A stretch of 44,891 bases of DNA from Planctomycetales bacterium (GTDB taxonomy: Bacteria; Planctomycetota; Planctomycetia; Pirellulales; JAGQOS01), in assembly GCA_020427265.1 (NCBI GenBank), contig JAGQOS010000001.1:1-44891 (forward strand). Direction: 5' to 3'. Numbering within the stretch: the stretch's first letter is position 1; each line of letters starts with the position of its first letter. Positions 1 through 8,230 of this stretch are shown here, piece after piece. Both the position numbers and the translations under genes were made by a program. The notes beneath the pieces are model-generated. The model was given only the letters and a program-made list of their open reading frames with translations, ran no database searches and was not told where the DNA came from.

Positions 1-1623
1 GTCTTCGCGGCTGATCCCATGCAGGCGAGCGTTACCACGACGCGCGAAGGTGTCGGGCTTAGCCCGCTGCTACAGCATCCGGCGATGATGATTCATCCGC
101 CGATTGTATTCGCGGGTTACTCCCTGTGGGCGGCCCCCTGCGCGCTGGCGTTCGCCGCGCTGCGACAAACCAACCTGAACCCCCAGTGGACGATGCTCGC
201 TCGCCCTTGGGCGCTCGTGGCCTGGCTGACTTTGGGAGTCGGCATCCTGCTCGGCGCAAACTGGGCCTACGAAGAACTCGGCTGGGGCGGCTACTGGGGT
301 TGGGATCCCGTTGAAAACGGATCGCTAATGCCTTGGCTTACAGGCTCCGCCCTAATCCACGCGCTCATGGTTTGGCGCAAACGCGGCGGCATGAAGAAGA
401 CCGCCGTGTCGCTGGCGATTGGTACGTTTGCCCTGTGCAATTTCGCCACGTTCCTCACACGCAGCGGCATCTTCAGCAGCTTGCATGCATTCAGCGAATC
501 GCCGATTGGATGGATGTTTCTTGCGTTGATGGCCTTACTGGTAATCGCTGGCCTCATTCTCGGTGCTTCGCGGCGCGAATCGCTCGTGGCGACGGGAGCG
601 ATGCGCAGCCTCGTCGCCAGAGAAACGCTCATCGTCATCGCCACCGGCTTGCTGCTGCTGCTTACCGCCGTCGTGCTCATGGGCACGTTGTCGTTGCCGC
701 TTTCGATGTATGTATTCGATCGGCAAGGCGTAGTCGGAGCTCCCTTCTACAACGCCGTGCTGACACCGATCGGTCTCTCGTTGCTGGCTGTGACAGCCGC
801 CGTTCCTTTGCTGCGCTGGGGCGCAGCGCCGACACCCTCGCAGCGCAAGATGTTGATGGCTTCGGCGGCCGCGGCCTTGGCGTTGACCGGCATGGCGGTT
901 CTTCTGGGCGTGCGGCAATGGCAGGGCTTGGCCGTAACGGCGTTGTCGGCGATGACCGTGATCACGTTTGTCGTCGCTTTGGTTCAGGAGGCAATGGCGA
1001 AGTTCCCACACCGGCCCCTATTGGGCGCAATGCGGACCTTGCGCGAGAAACGTCGCGCGTATGCCGGTTACATCATCCACCTGGGATTCGTTTGCCTGGC
1101 GATTGGCATTACGGGTTCGTCGCTGGCGACCCAGCGGCGCGAAGCGGAGATGCGTCCTGGCGACAGTTTGCGCTGGGCGAATCGTGAGATTCGATTCGTA
1201 AAGCTGCATCAACGTGAACTCGACGATAAGTTTGTCGTCGAAGCAGAGCTAGAGATAGCCGACGAAGCGGGTGTCTACCGCCTGCGACCGGCCCGACATC
1301 AATACCGGCTCCAGGAACAATGGACAACGGAAGTCGCGATCCATTCCGATTGGAGCGGCGACTTTTACACGATCCTCCAATACGGCGATACCAGCGGCGC
1401 TGTCTCGCTCACGCTGATCGATAATCCGCTCATGCGCTTCGTGTGGCTCGGCGGACTAATCACGATTTGCGGTGCAACGCTTTCGCTAATTCCTGTTTCC
1501 AAAACGACCGACGTGGCGACGCGCGAAGAGAAATTACGCAGTCCGATCAAGCGACCACACATACTTGACCACAACCAAGCAGCCCAGGAGGGCTCACGAC
1601 AACCCATGCACAGCAGACGATGA
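1..1623 (+). CDS. ccmF: Cytochrome c-type biogenesis protein CcmF (System I haem lyase), 5'-truncated by the window edge
   Basis: Frame 1 is open from base 1, with no stop before the listed Met at 19. The product is a polytopic membrane protein with the Trp-rich WWD haem-handling motif 'WGGYWGWDPVENGSLMPWL'. Its stop overlaps the next start (ATGA at 1620-1623). Confidence 0.9.
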   Translation, partial: VFAADPMQASVTTTREGVGLSPLLQHPAMMIHPPIVFAGYSLWAAPCALAFAALRQTNLNPQWTMLARPWALVAWLTLGVGILLGANWAYEELGWGGYWGWDPVENGSLMPWLTGSALIHALMVWRKRGGMKKTAVSLAIGTFALCNFATFLTRSGIFSSLHAFSESPIGWMFLALMALLVIAGLILGASRRESLVATGAMRSLVARETLIVIATGLLLLLTAVVLMGTLSLPLSMYVFDRQGVVGAPFYNAVLTPIGLSLLAVTAAVPLLRWGAAPTPSQRKMLMASAAAALALTGMAVLLGVRQWQGLAVTALSAMTVITFVVALVQEAMAKFPHRPLLGAMRTLREKRRAYAGYIIHLGFVCLAIGITGSSLATQRREAEMRPGDSLRWANREIRFVKLHQRELDDKFVVEAELEIADEAGVYRLRPARHQYRLQEQWTTEVAIHSDWSGDFYTILQYGDTSGAVSLTLIDNPLMRFVWLGGLITICGATLSLIPVSKTTDVATREEKLRSPIKRPHILDHNQAAQEGSRQPMHSRR

Positions 1624-2336
1624 TCCCTCTCGAAGCGAGACAACTCGGTGTAGCGTATAACCAGCGGCTCGTGCTGCGCAGCGTCGATTTGCAAATTGGT
1701 CCTGGTGAAGCCGTAGCGTTAATCGGCACGAACGGCGTGGGCAAGACAACCCTGCTTCACTGTCTCGCCGGCTTGCAACCATGCACAGCGGGCGAAGTGC
1801 GCTGGTTCGGCGAATCGTCGCTCGGGCAAGCCAACGCGAACCGCAGCGTCGGCCTCATCGCCCATCAACGATTCCTCTATCCCGAGCTGACACCGAGAGA
1901 AAACCTTCTCTTCGCGGCTCGCATGTACGGCCTAGCCTCGCCGCAGAAAAAGGTCGCGACGTCGCTGCGATACGCAGGGCTCGACGAATGGCAGCATCAA
2001 CCCACGGCGACATTGTCGCATGGTTTGCGGCAACGATTGGCTGTTTCGCGTGGCCTGCTGCATGCTCCGAGGATCGCGCTGTTCGACGAACCGTTTTCGG
2101 GGTTGGACGAGAATTCAAGGCAGTGGATGTCGCAGATCCTACACGAGTTGAGATCGCGAGAGACGGCCGTCTGCTTTACCACTCACGACCAAAACCGTGC
2201 CGATTCGCTGGCCGATCGGGTTTTGGAAATTGTCGCAGGCCGGCTGAGCGAGCGCGAGTCCGGCCAGTCGGGCCCAAGTTCGATGCATGCGTTTCGCCCC
2301 GGTCTCCATCCACACAACGAGAGGGCCGCCGCATGA
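1620..2336 (+). CDS. ccmA: Haem exporter ATP-binding protein CcmA (ABC ATPase)
   Basis: Walker A 'GTNGVGKTTLLHCLAG', ABC signature 'LSHGLRQRLAVSRGL' and Walker B 'ALFDEPFSGLD'. It is translationally coupled to both neighbours through ATGA overlaps at 1620 and 2333. Confidence 0.9.
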   Translation: MIPLEARQLGVAYNQRLVLRSVDLQIGPGEAVALIGTNGVGKTTLLHCLAGLQPCTAGEVRWFGESSLGQANANRSVGLIAHQRFLYPELTPRENLLFAARMYGLASPQKKVATSLRYAGLDEWQHQPTATLSHGLRQRLAVSRGLLHAPRIALFDEPFSGLDENSRQWMSQILHELRSRETAVCFTTHDQNRADSLADRVLEIVAGRLSERESGQSGPSSMHAFRPGLHPHNERAAA

Positions 2337-3022
2337 ACGCCGTTTATTTTCATCTCGGCCAATGGTGGTTCTTGGTACGCAAGGATCTGCAGCGCGAATA
2401 TCGCTCACGCGCGGCCTGGCCTTCGATGGCGTTGCTTGGCTTGCTCATGTTGATGGCCATCGAAATGCAACTCGACCTGCCGGCAGCCTTGTCTCGGCAA
2501 GTTGCCGGTGGCATGCTGTGGCTGGCGATCTTTTTTGGCGGCGCCGTGCCGATCGAACGCTCGTTCAGTTCAGAACAGGCCGACGGATGCTGGGACGCGC
2601 TGCGAATGTATCCCGTAGAGGGCGCGACGCTATATCTGGCCAAATTCGCCTTCAACTTTATCTCGCTGGCTATTCTCAGTTGCGTACTGTTGCCGATGTA
2701 CGTTGTGCTTACCGATGCTCCATTGCTCAAGCAATGGCCGGCGACTTCACTGTTGGCCATGCTCACTTGCGCCTCGCTGGCTGCCGCCGGCACGCTGGTT
2801 GGAGCGATCGCCAACTCGCTACGTTCGCGGGGCAACCTGGTCGTGCTGCTGCTGCTGCCGTTGGCCTTGCCTGTGTTGCTGGGCGCGTCCGACGCCACGG
2901 CATCGCTGCTACGAGGCGACACGGGCGATATGTTTGGTCGCTGGCTTCAGTTGTTGGCCGCGTTTTCGCTAATCAACCTGACTGCCGGAGTCTTGCTGTT
3001 CGACTTCGTTCTCGAACGCTAA
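2333..3022 (+). CDS. ccmB: Haem exporter membrane protein CcmB
   Basis: The internal ATG at 2333 overlaps the ccmA stop (ATGA). From there the product 'MNAVYFHLGQWWFLVRKDLQREYRSR...' is a ~229-aa polytopic protein with the CcmB-like stretch 'ERSFSSEQADGCWDAL'. The listed ORF start at 1781 would lie inside ccmA. Confidence 0.85.
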   Translation: MNAVYFHLGQWWFLVRKDLQREYRSRAAWPSMALLGLLMLMAIEMQLDLPAALSRQVAGGMLWLAIFFGGAVPIERSFSSEQADGCWDALRMYPVEGATLYLAKFAFNFISLAILSCVLLPMYVVLTDAPLLKQWPATSLLAMLTCASLAAAGTLVGAIANSLRSRGNLVVLLLLPLALPVLLGASDATASLLRGDTGDMFGRWLQLLAAFSLINLTAGVLLFDFVLER

Positions 3023-3049
3023 TTTGACGCCGAATTGAGGATCTCACGG

Positions 3050-3745
3050 ATGGAACTGCAGAAACTGAAATGCGGCCGACTCGAACCGCTCGGAGGCATA
3101 CTGTTTGCCGCTCTTTTGGCAGGTGTTGGCTTCTTGATCTTGCGCGTCGCTCCTGCTGAAAAGACCATGGGCGAAGTACAACGCATTGTGTACGTTCACG
3201 TCGCCGTTGCGACCTTTGGAATGTTCGGCATGCTACTGGCTGCCGCCGCAGGGCTCGCGCTGCTCGTTCGGCGCGACCAAGGCTGGGATCACTGGGGACG
3301 TGCCGCTGCGGAAGTCGGCTGGCTTTGCTCGACGCTGACCTTGATCACCGGATCACTTTGGGCTCACGAGGCCTGGAACACTTGGTGGACCTGGGAGCCT
3401 CGGCTCACGTCGTCGCTGATTCTGTGGACAATCTATGCCGGCTATTTTCTGCTGCGATCAAGTATCGACAACGATCGCCAACAGGCGCGCGTTTGCGCCA
3501 TCTTGGCGATCGTCGGTGCGTTGGACATTCCCATCATCACGATGGCGACACGCTGGTTCCGCGGCATGCACCCTGTATCACCAGAAATGGATCCTACGAT
3601 GCGCGGCGTTCTGCTGGCGAGCATGGTGTCGCTTACTTGCTTCTTTGCCTACCTTCTCGTGCGTCGCAGTGTGCAATTGCAAATGGGCCACCGTATTCGT
3701 GCGCTGCGGCAACGGCTGCTGTTTGAACAAGGCGTTCGCATGTAA
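3050..3745 (+). CDS. ccmC: Haem exporter / haem-handling protein CcmC
   Basis: WWD motif 'WAHEAWNTWWTWEPRLTSSL' in a polytopic membrane protein. The ATG at 3050 is preceded by AGGA at 3038-3041. The listed start at 3035 is a TTG five codons upstream. Confidence 0.88.
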   Translation: MELQKLKCGRLEPLGGILFAALLAGVGFLILRVAPAEKTMGEVQRIVYVHVAVATFGMFGMLLAAAAGLALLVRRDQGWDHWGRAAAEVGWLCSTLTLITGSLWAHEAWNTWWTWEPRLTSSLILWTIYAGYFLLRSSIDNDRQQARVCAILAIVGALDIPIITMATRWFRGMHPVSPEMDPTMRGVLLASMVSLTCFFAYLLVRRSVQLQMGHRIRALRQRLLFEQGVRM

Positions 3746-3815
3746 CCGCGCGTTGCCTAACGGTAAGGCCGGCGATGTAAAACGGACACGACCTACAAGC
3801 GTTGATAAAGGAATC

Positions 3816-3998
3816 ATGGTCATGGAGTTTCTTACAATTGCCTTTGGCGTGGTTGGCGGCAGCCTTGCGCTTTATGTTGGCTGGCTGGGCGTACACCAAC
3901 GTCACCTCGCTCGACAGTTACACGAGTTGGAATCGCAGCTCGATGCCACGACCGAAACGAATCATTCGCACTCGCAACAGACGCGACGAGCGGCATAA
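3816..3998 (+). CDS. ccmD: Small single-TM protein, CcmD-like by size and position
   Basis: The ATG at 3816 is preceded by AAAGGAA. The 60-aa product 'MVMEFLTIAFGVVGGSLALYVGWLGV...' has one hydrophobic helix followed by a charged tail and lies directly after ccmC. The rest of the listed ORF (3435..) overlaps ccmC out of frame. Confidence 0.55.
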   Translation: MVMEFLTIAFGVVGGSLALYVGWLGVHQRHLARQLHELESQLDATTETNHSHSQQTRRAA

Positions 3999-4042
3999 GC
4001 CGACAGCTAGCGTGGCTGGCTACGGGCCCAAGGGAGTGAAAT

Positions 4043-5062
4043 ATGCCGATTCGATTCGCTTTTCTCGTTATTCTCGGCGTGGCGACAATGGCCGCCGCCG
4101 CGGAACGCGGTGTAGTTCAGGGACGTGTTCTCAACGGCTCGCAGGTCAACGAACCGATTCCCAACGCCCAGGTGATCTTGCGACTTGTGGAGCCCAACGG
4201 GCTTGTCCCTGTTGGTGAAACAACAACCGACGAGTCGGGTCGGTTTCGTTTCGAAAAGCTGCCCGCCGATCTCGGGCTATCGTTCGTTCCCGGCGCCAAC
4301 TGGAACGGCATCCACTACCCGGGCAAGCGCGTACGACTGATTCCCATCGCACCCGAAGCCGACGTAACGATCGTTGCTCACGACTGTGTGGCGGAACCGA
4401 ATCCGCTGATTGCGAAACGCCATTCGATGGAAGTCGAAAGCGACGAAGGGATGCTGCGCGTTACCGAGACCATTCTCATAGAGAATCCGTCGCTTCGATC
4501 CTACGTCGGCAAGAGCGAAGAGGAGGGAGCGTCGCCCGTAACTCTACGGCTTTCGTTGCCGCCCGACTTCGCCAAGGTCGTTTTTGCCGAGGAGTTTTAC
4601 GGACGCCAATTTACGCTTGGCGAAACGACCCTGCAGACCGACATGCCTTGGACGCCGGGCAAACGCGAGGTGAAGTTCACCTATTACCTTCCCTTCGAAA
4701 GCCGCCGCTATCTAATCGAACGAACCTTAGATTTGCCGGTGGATCAGTTTTCGCTCCGTTTGCCTGGCGAATTGGCCAACGATGCCCAGTGCAACCTGGA
4801 CTCGATTTCCGAGAATCGCGAACATTCCGTCGAATTCCGCGCTCAAGGGAGCAATCTGGAACAGGGATTTGTCGTGAAACTTGAGCTAGGCGATCTCCCG
4901 CTCGCCTGGACAACGTATGCGCGCTGGGTAGCCTTGACCTTGCTTGCGTCTCTGATCACCGCACTGACAATCGGGTTGCGGCTACGCAAGGTCGCCGGAT
5001 CGTATGGGGCGAAAGAGCCCGAGCAGATCGAGCCTGCTACGCCCGAGCAACGGGCAGCTTAA
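4043..5062 (+). CDS. Exported, C-terminally TM-anchored protein with an N-terminal carboxypeptidase-regulatory-like (CarboxypepD_reg) fold motif; function unknown
   Basis: RBS AAGGGAG lies 7 nt upstream of the ATG. Signal peptide 'MPIRFAFLVILGVATMAAAAE'. The stretch 'GRVLNG...NAQVILRLVEPNG...TTTDESGRFRFEKLP' is typical of CarboxypepD_reg beta-sandwiches. C-terminal helix 'WVALTLLASLITALTIGLRL'. Confidence 0.7.
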   Translation: MPIRFAFLVILGVATMAAAAERGVVQGRVLNGSQVNEPIPNAQVILRLVEPNGLVPVGETTTDESGRFRFEKLPADLGLSFVPGANWNGIHYPGKRVRLIPIAPEADVTIVAHDCVAEPNPLIAKRHSMEVESDEGMLRVTETILIENPSLRSYVGKSEEEGASPVTLRLSLPPDFAKVVFAEEFYGRQFTLGETTLQTDMPWTPGKREVKFTYYLPFESRRYLIERTLDLPVDQFSLRLPGELANDAQCNLDSISENREHSVEFRAQGSNLEQGFVVKLELGDLPLAWTTYARWVALTLLASLITALTIGLRLRKVAGSYGAKEPEQIEPATPEQRAA

Positions 5063-5641
5063 CATTCCTCAAGTGTGCGGCGATCGCTCGATTCCTGCCC
5101 GAGAAACGACCCTGGGCATGTTCCGATGGTGCTCGTCTGTGCCAACTGTGCGGATTTGCTCACCATATCGACATGCCGTTGCTCCAGAATGACTGCCATT
5201 CGGCAGAACGTCTCGGACAATCGCAGGCGGAACATTAGTCGGGTTTAGTGCTTCTAGATCTCGATTTGCGCGCGAACGTGATGCAACGTGCCGTGAGTGA
5301 CTTTAATAAAAACCATAACTTGTCCAAAACCTAGCCGGTGTTGGTCCGGCATTTGCAGCAGGGGCGCTGGGACTTGATCCTGGACTTACGTGTTGGGTCA
5401 CGGCTCGAGCTACGGCGCCGGGCGACGTGGCGATTGCCGGCGCTCCGCCGAAACTGCGGTCATGCCCACGAGCCGTGGAATCGAAGCGCTTGCGAAAGGG
5501 TAACGTATCATTCAATATGGAGCGTAACTTTGGGTCTTGGCGAATTCGACCGAAGTCGTAATTTGCGTTTTGCTTCGGTTGCTCGATAGTGCAGCAAAAT
5601 ATACAAACAAGTATCGGTAATCCATTGCGGGAGAAAACATC

Positions 5642-6172
5642 ATGAAGATTCGACACCTGGGGCCCAAGTCGCGGTCGGGACTGCGCGTCATCCTCGGTAT
5701 TAGTTGCCTGGCGATTCTCGTATCGTCAGCCGTCTCCCAGTCTCTAGGCGCCGAGCCGCTGGCCTCGCCACCCGAAGGACAAACCTACATTGGTTCGAAA
5801 AAGTGTGCGGCATGTCACTTCGATCAATACCTGAAATGGCGTCAGACGAAGCACGCCAAAGGTTTCGAAATCTTGCCGGCTAAATACCAGGCGGATACAA
5901 GCTGCTTGGCGTGCCACTCCACTGGACATGGGCAGGATACCGGATTCAAAGACATCGGCACCACACCCGACTTGGCGGGAACCTCATGCGAGGCATGTCA
6001 TGGCCCGGGTAGCAAGCACGGCGAAATCGCCAAAGGTTTCGGCACGGCGAAACTCTCGGGCGAAGACGAAGCCTATGTGCGCAGCACGATTCACTTGATC
6101 ATCCAAGGGAATGCGTGCGTCAAATGCCATACGGCAAACGGCCACAAGGATCATCCGCCGTACGACAAATAG
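5642..6172 (+). CDS. Periplasmic tetrahaem c-type cytochrome (cytochrome c554-like family)
   Basis: RBS GGGAG lies 8 nt upstream. There is a signal peptide and four CXXCH sites (CAACH, CLACH, CEACH, CVKCH) in 176 aa. The stretch 'YIGSKKCAACHFDQYLKWRQTKHA' is typical of c554-type multihaem proteins. Confidence 0.88.
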   Translation: MKIRHLGPKSRSGLRVILGISCLAILVSSAVSQSLGAEPLASPPEGQTYIGSKKCAACHFDQYLKWRQTKHAKGFEILPAKYQADTSCLACHSTGHGQDTGFKDIGTTPDLAGTSCEACHGPGSKHGEIAKGFGTAKLSGEDEAYVRSTIHLIIQGNACVKCHTANGHKDHPPYDK

Positions 6173-6481
6173 CGCACTTTTGCGATCGCGCGGTTGAGAT
6201 CCCGGTTTGTTATTCCGCTTCGCTTCGCCACACGCGTTGCGCAGGAAGACGCGAGGCGTGATTGGGCCGTGCTCATCGCTTGCCCTGGCGCTAGGGTTGT
6301 GCAACGGCGAGGTCTGCGTGTCGCCGGTTCGGCATTGGAGCTCAGCTTGGTCTTGGGCGCACGAACCGAACCAACTATATTTTGGATTCCATGACACGAT
6401 CGGCTGGGACTGCGTTTCGCCTCGATCACGAAATGCAATTCAGCAGATCGACAGGCTCGCCGCATACCAAGGATCGTCTCC

Positions 6482-8221
6482 ATGTCGGATCAAGACAAGA
6501 AGCCGGAATCAACCGAAGAAAATCCATCGCCCGCACCCAGCCGCAAGCGGCGCTGGGCGGTACGCCTGTTCATCGCGTTTGCGATCTTGTCGGTCCTCGG
6601 GGCAAGCGTCCTCGGCGTGGCGGAACATGAAACGAGCAAGGCCGATTTCTGCGCCTCGTGCCATATCATGGAGCCATATTACGCGTCCTGGTCCGCCGAC
6701 CTGCATGGCAGCAAACTCGATGTCGCTTGCGTCGAATGTCATTATGCGCCGGGCGAACGTACGACGATCAAAGCCAAGTTCCGCGGCTTGAGCCAGGTTA
6801 CCAGTTACTTTAGCGGCCGCTACGGATCTGGGAGACCCCGCGCTTATGTGAGCAACCTAAGCTGCCTGACAGCCAAGTGCCACGGCGACAAGAAGTTCAT
6901 GGACAAAGCCATTCAGGTGGGCACGGTCAAGTTCAGCCACGCCAAGCACTTGGCGCGCACGGAGGAAATGGAGCAGCCTCAGCAAGCGCGGCTCGAAGAA
7001 TTGCAAAAACAATTGCGCGATACGCTAGGTGAGGAACATTTCAACGAATTACAGATCCTGGGATCGATCGCCGGGTCGGCGAAGCCGCGCTACGATGCCA
7101 TGGTGGCTCAATGCGAACAATGGGAATCGACCGTGGATCGCGAAACACTCGTCGAGTACTCGCAGCTCCTGCATCGCGACGTACGCATTACACAGTTAAA
7201 TGATCTGCAGTGCACGAATTGCCACGCCTACAGCTCTCCGAACCAGGAAGCATTCAACGGCAAGACCGGGCATCACTTCCAAGTTGCAACGACGACCTGT
7301 TACACGTGTCACTTCAACAACGAAGACTACAATACGGGCACAAGCACGTGCCTCTCCTGCCATACTCCGCCGCAAGGCGAGATTCTTGTCCACGCGGAGA
7401 AGGAGCTAAAAGGCGGCGAAGACAACGATGATGCGGCCGCGGCGAAGCCGGTCATGATGAATCATACCGACATGCTGGCTCGCAAAGTGGCGTGCATTTC
7501 CTGCCATGCCGACGCAATCCAACACGATGCAACCGTAACACGCCGCGACTGCGAGCGCTGCCACGACCGTCCCGAGTTTTTCAAGGACTGGAAAGAGCCT
7601 TTCACGCTCGACCTCGTCAAGCACTATCACAGCGTGCACGTTGAACGGCAAAAGGCCAAGTGCCAGGATTGCCATGCCGAAATTCAGCACAAGCTTGTTC
7701 GCGAGGAAGGGAACTTCCTTACTTCCGCCCTTGCCGATTGCGCGCGCTGCCATCCGAACCATCATACCGAACAAGTCGGTTTGCTACTGGGCCACAGCGG
7801 CAGCGGCGCCGTGCAAGGCGAGCCCAACTTGATGTTCGGATCACGAACGAATTGCAGTGGCTGCCATACAGAACTGACCGACGATTTGCACGGCGGCATT
7901 GTCAAGGCGACCGAACAGTCGTGCATTGCGTGTCATGGCGACAAGCACGAAGACACGTTTATGAAATGGAAGCTCGGCCTGGAACTGGTCATGGAAGACG
8001 CCGACAGCGCCTATGCCAACGCCAAGAAGTTGCTCGACGAAAAAACTGAACTGCCGGCTGAAGTACGCGACGAAGCCGCCAAGCTGATACGCGATGCCGA
8101 GGCCGATCTGCGGATGGTAAAAGTCGGCAACGGACTGCACAACATCACGTTTGCGATGGAACTGCTCGACTCGGTAACCACGCGTTGCCGCCAAGCGGCG
8201 ACGCTACTCTCCAAGGAGTAG
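6482..8221 (+). CDS. Membrane-anchored NapC/NirT/NrfH-like multihaem cytochrome c (11 CXXCH plus 1 CX4CH); putative quinol dehydrogenase
   Basis: N-terminal TM helix 'WAVRLFIAFAILSVLGASVLGVA' followed by the NrfH-type first haem site 'CASCHIM' and 'VACVECHYAPGE'. Further sites are CTNCH, CYTCH, CLSCH, CISCH, CERCH, CQDCH, CARCH, CSGCH and CIACH, plus 'CLTAKCH' at 6863-6883. The C-terminal ~100 aa are helical and charged. Confidence 0.88.
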   Translation: MSDQDKKPESTEENPSPAPSRKRRWAVRLFIAFAILSVLGASVLGVAEHETSKADFCASCHIMEPYYASWSADLHGSKLDVACVECHYAPGERTTIKAKFRGLSQVTSYFSGRYGSGRPRAYVSNLSCLTAKCHGDKKFMDKAIQVGTVKFSHAKHLARTEEMEQPQQARLEELQKQLRDTLGEEHFNELQILGSIAGSAKPRYDAMVAQCEQWESTVDRETLVEYSQLLHRDVRITQLNDLQCTNCHAYSSPNQEAFNGKTGHHFQVATTTCYTCHFNNEDYNTGTSTCLSCHTPPQGEILVHAEKELKGGEDNDDAAAAKPVMMNHTDMLARKVACISCHADAIQHDATVTRRDCERCHDRPEFFKDWKEPFTLDLVKHYHSVHVERQKAKCQDCHAEIQHKLVREEGNFLTSALADCARCHPNHHTEQVGLLLGHSGSGAVQGEPNLMFGSRTNCSGCHTELTDDLHGGIVKATEQSCIACHGDKHEDTFMKWKLGLELVMEDADSAYANAKKLLDEKTELPAEVRDEAAKLIRDAEADLRMVKVGNGLHNITFAMELLDSVTTRCRQAATLLSKE

Positions 8222-8230
8222 CATCGCGAC

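Noticed and set aside
333-1187. 284-aa alternative-frame ORF inside ccmF
   Set aside because: It is out of frame with the WWD-motif-bearing CcmF reading frame, and its translation is Arg-rich nonsense.
1781-2332. N-terminal 184 codons of the listed 413-aa ORF (1781..3022)
   Set aside because: This segment lies entirely within ccmA in another frame. The CcmB-like sequence begins at the ATG at 2333, which overlaps the ccmA stop.
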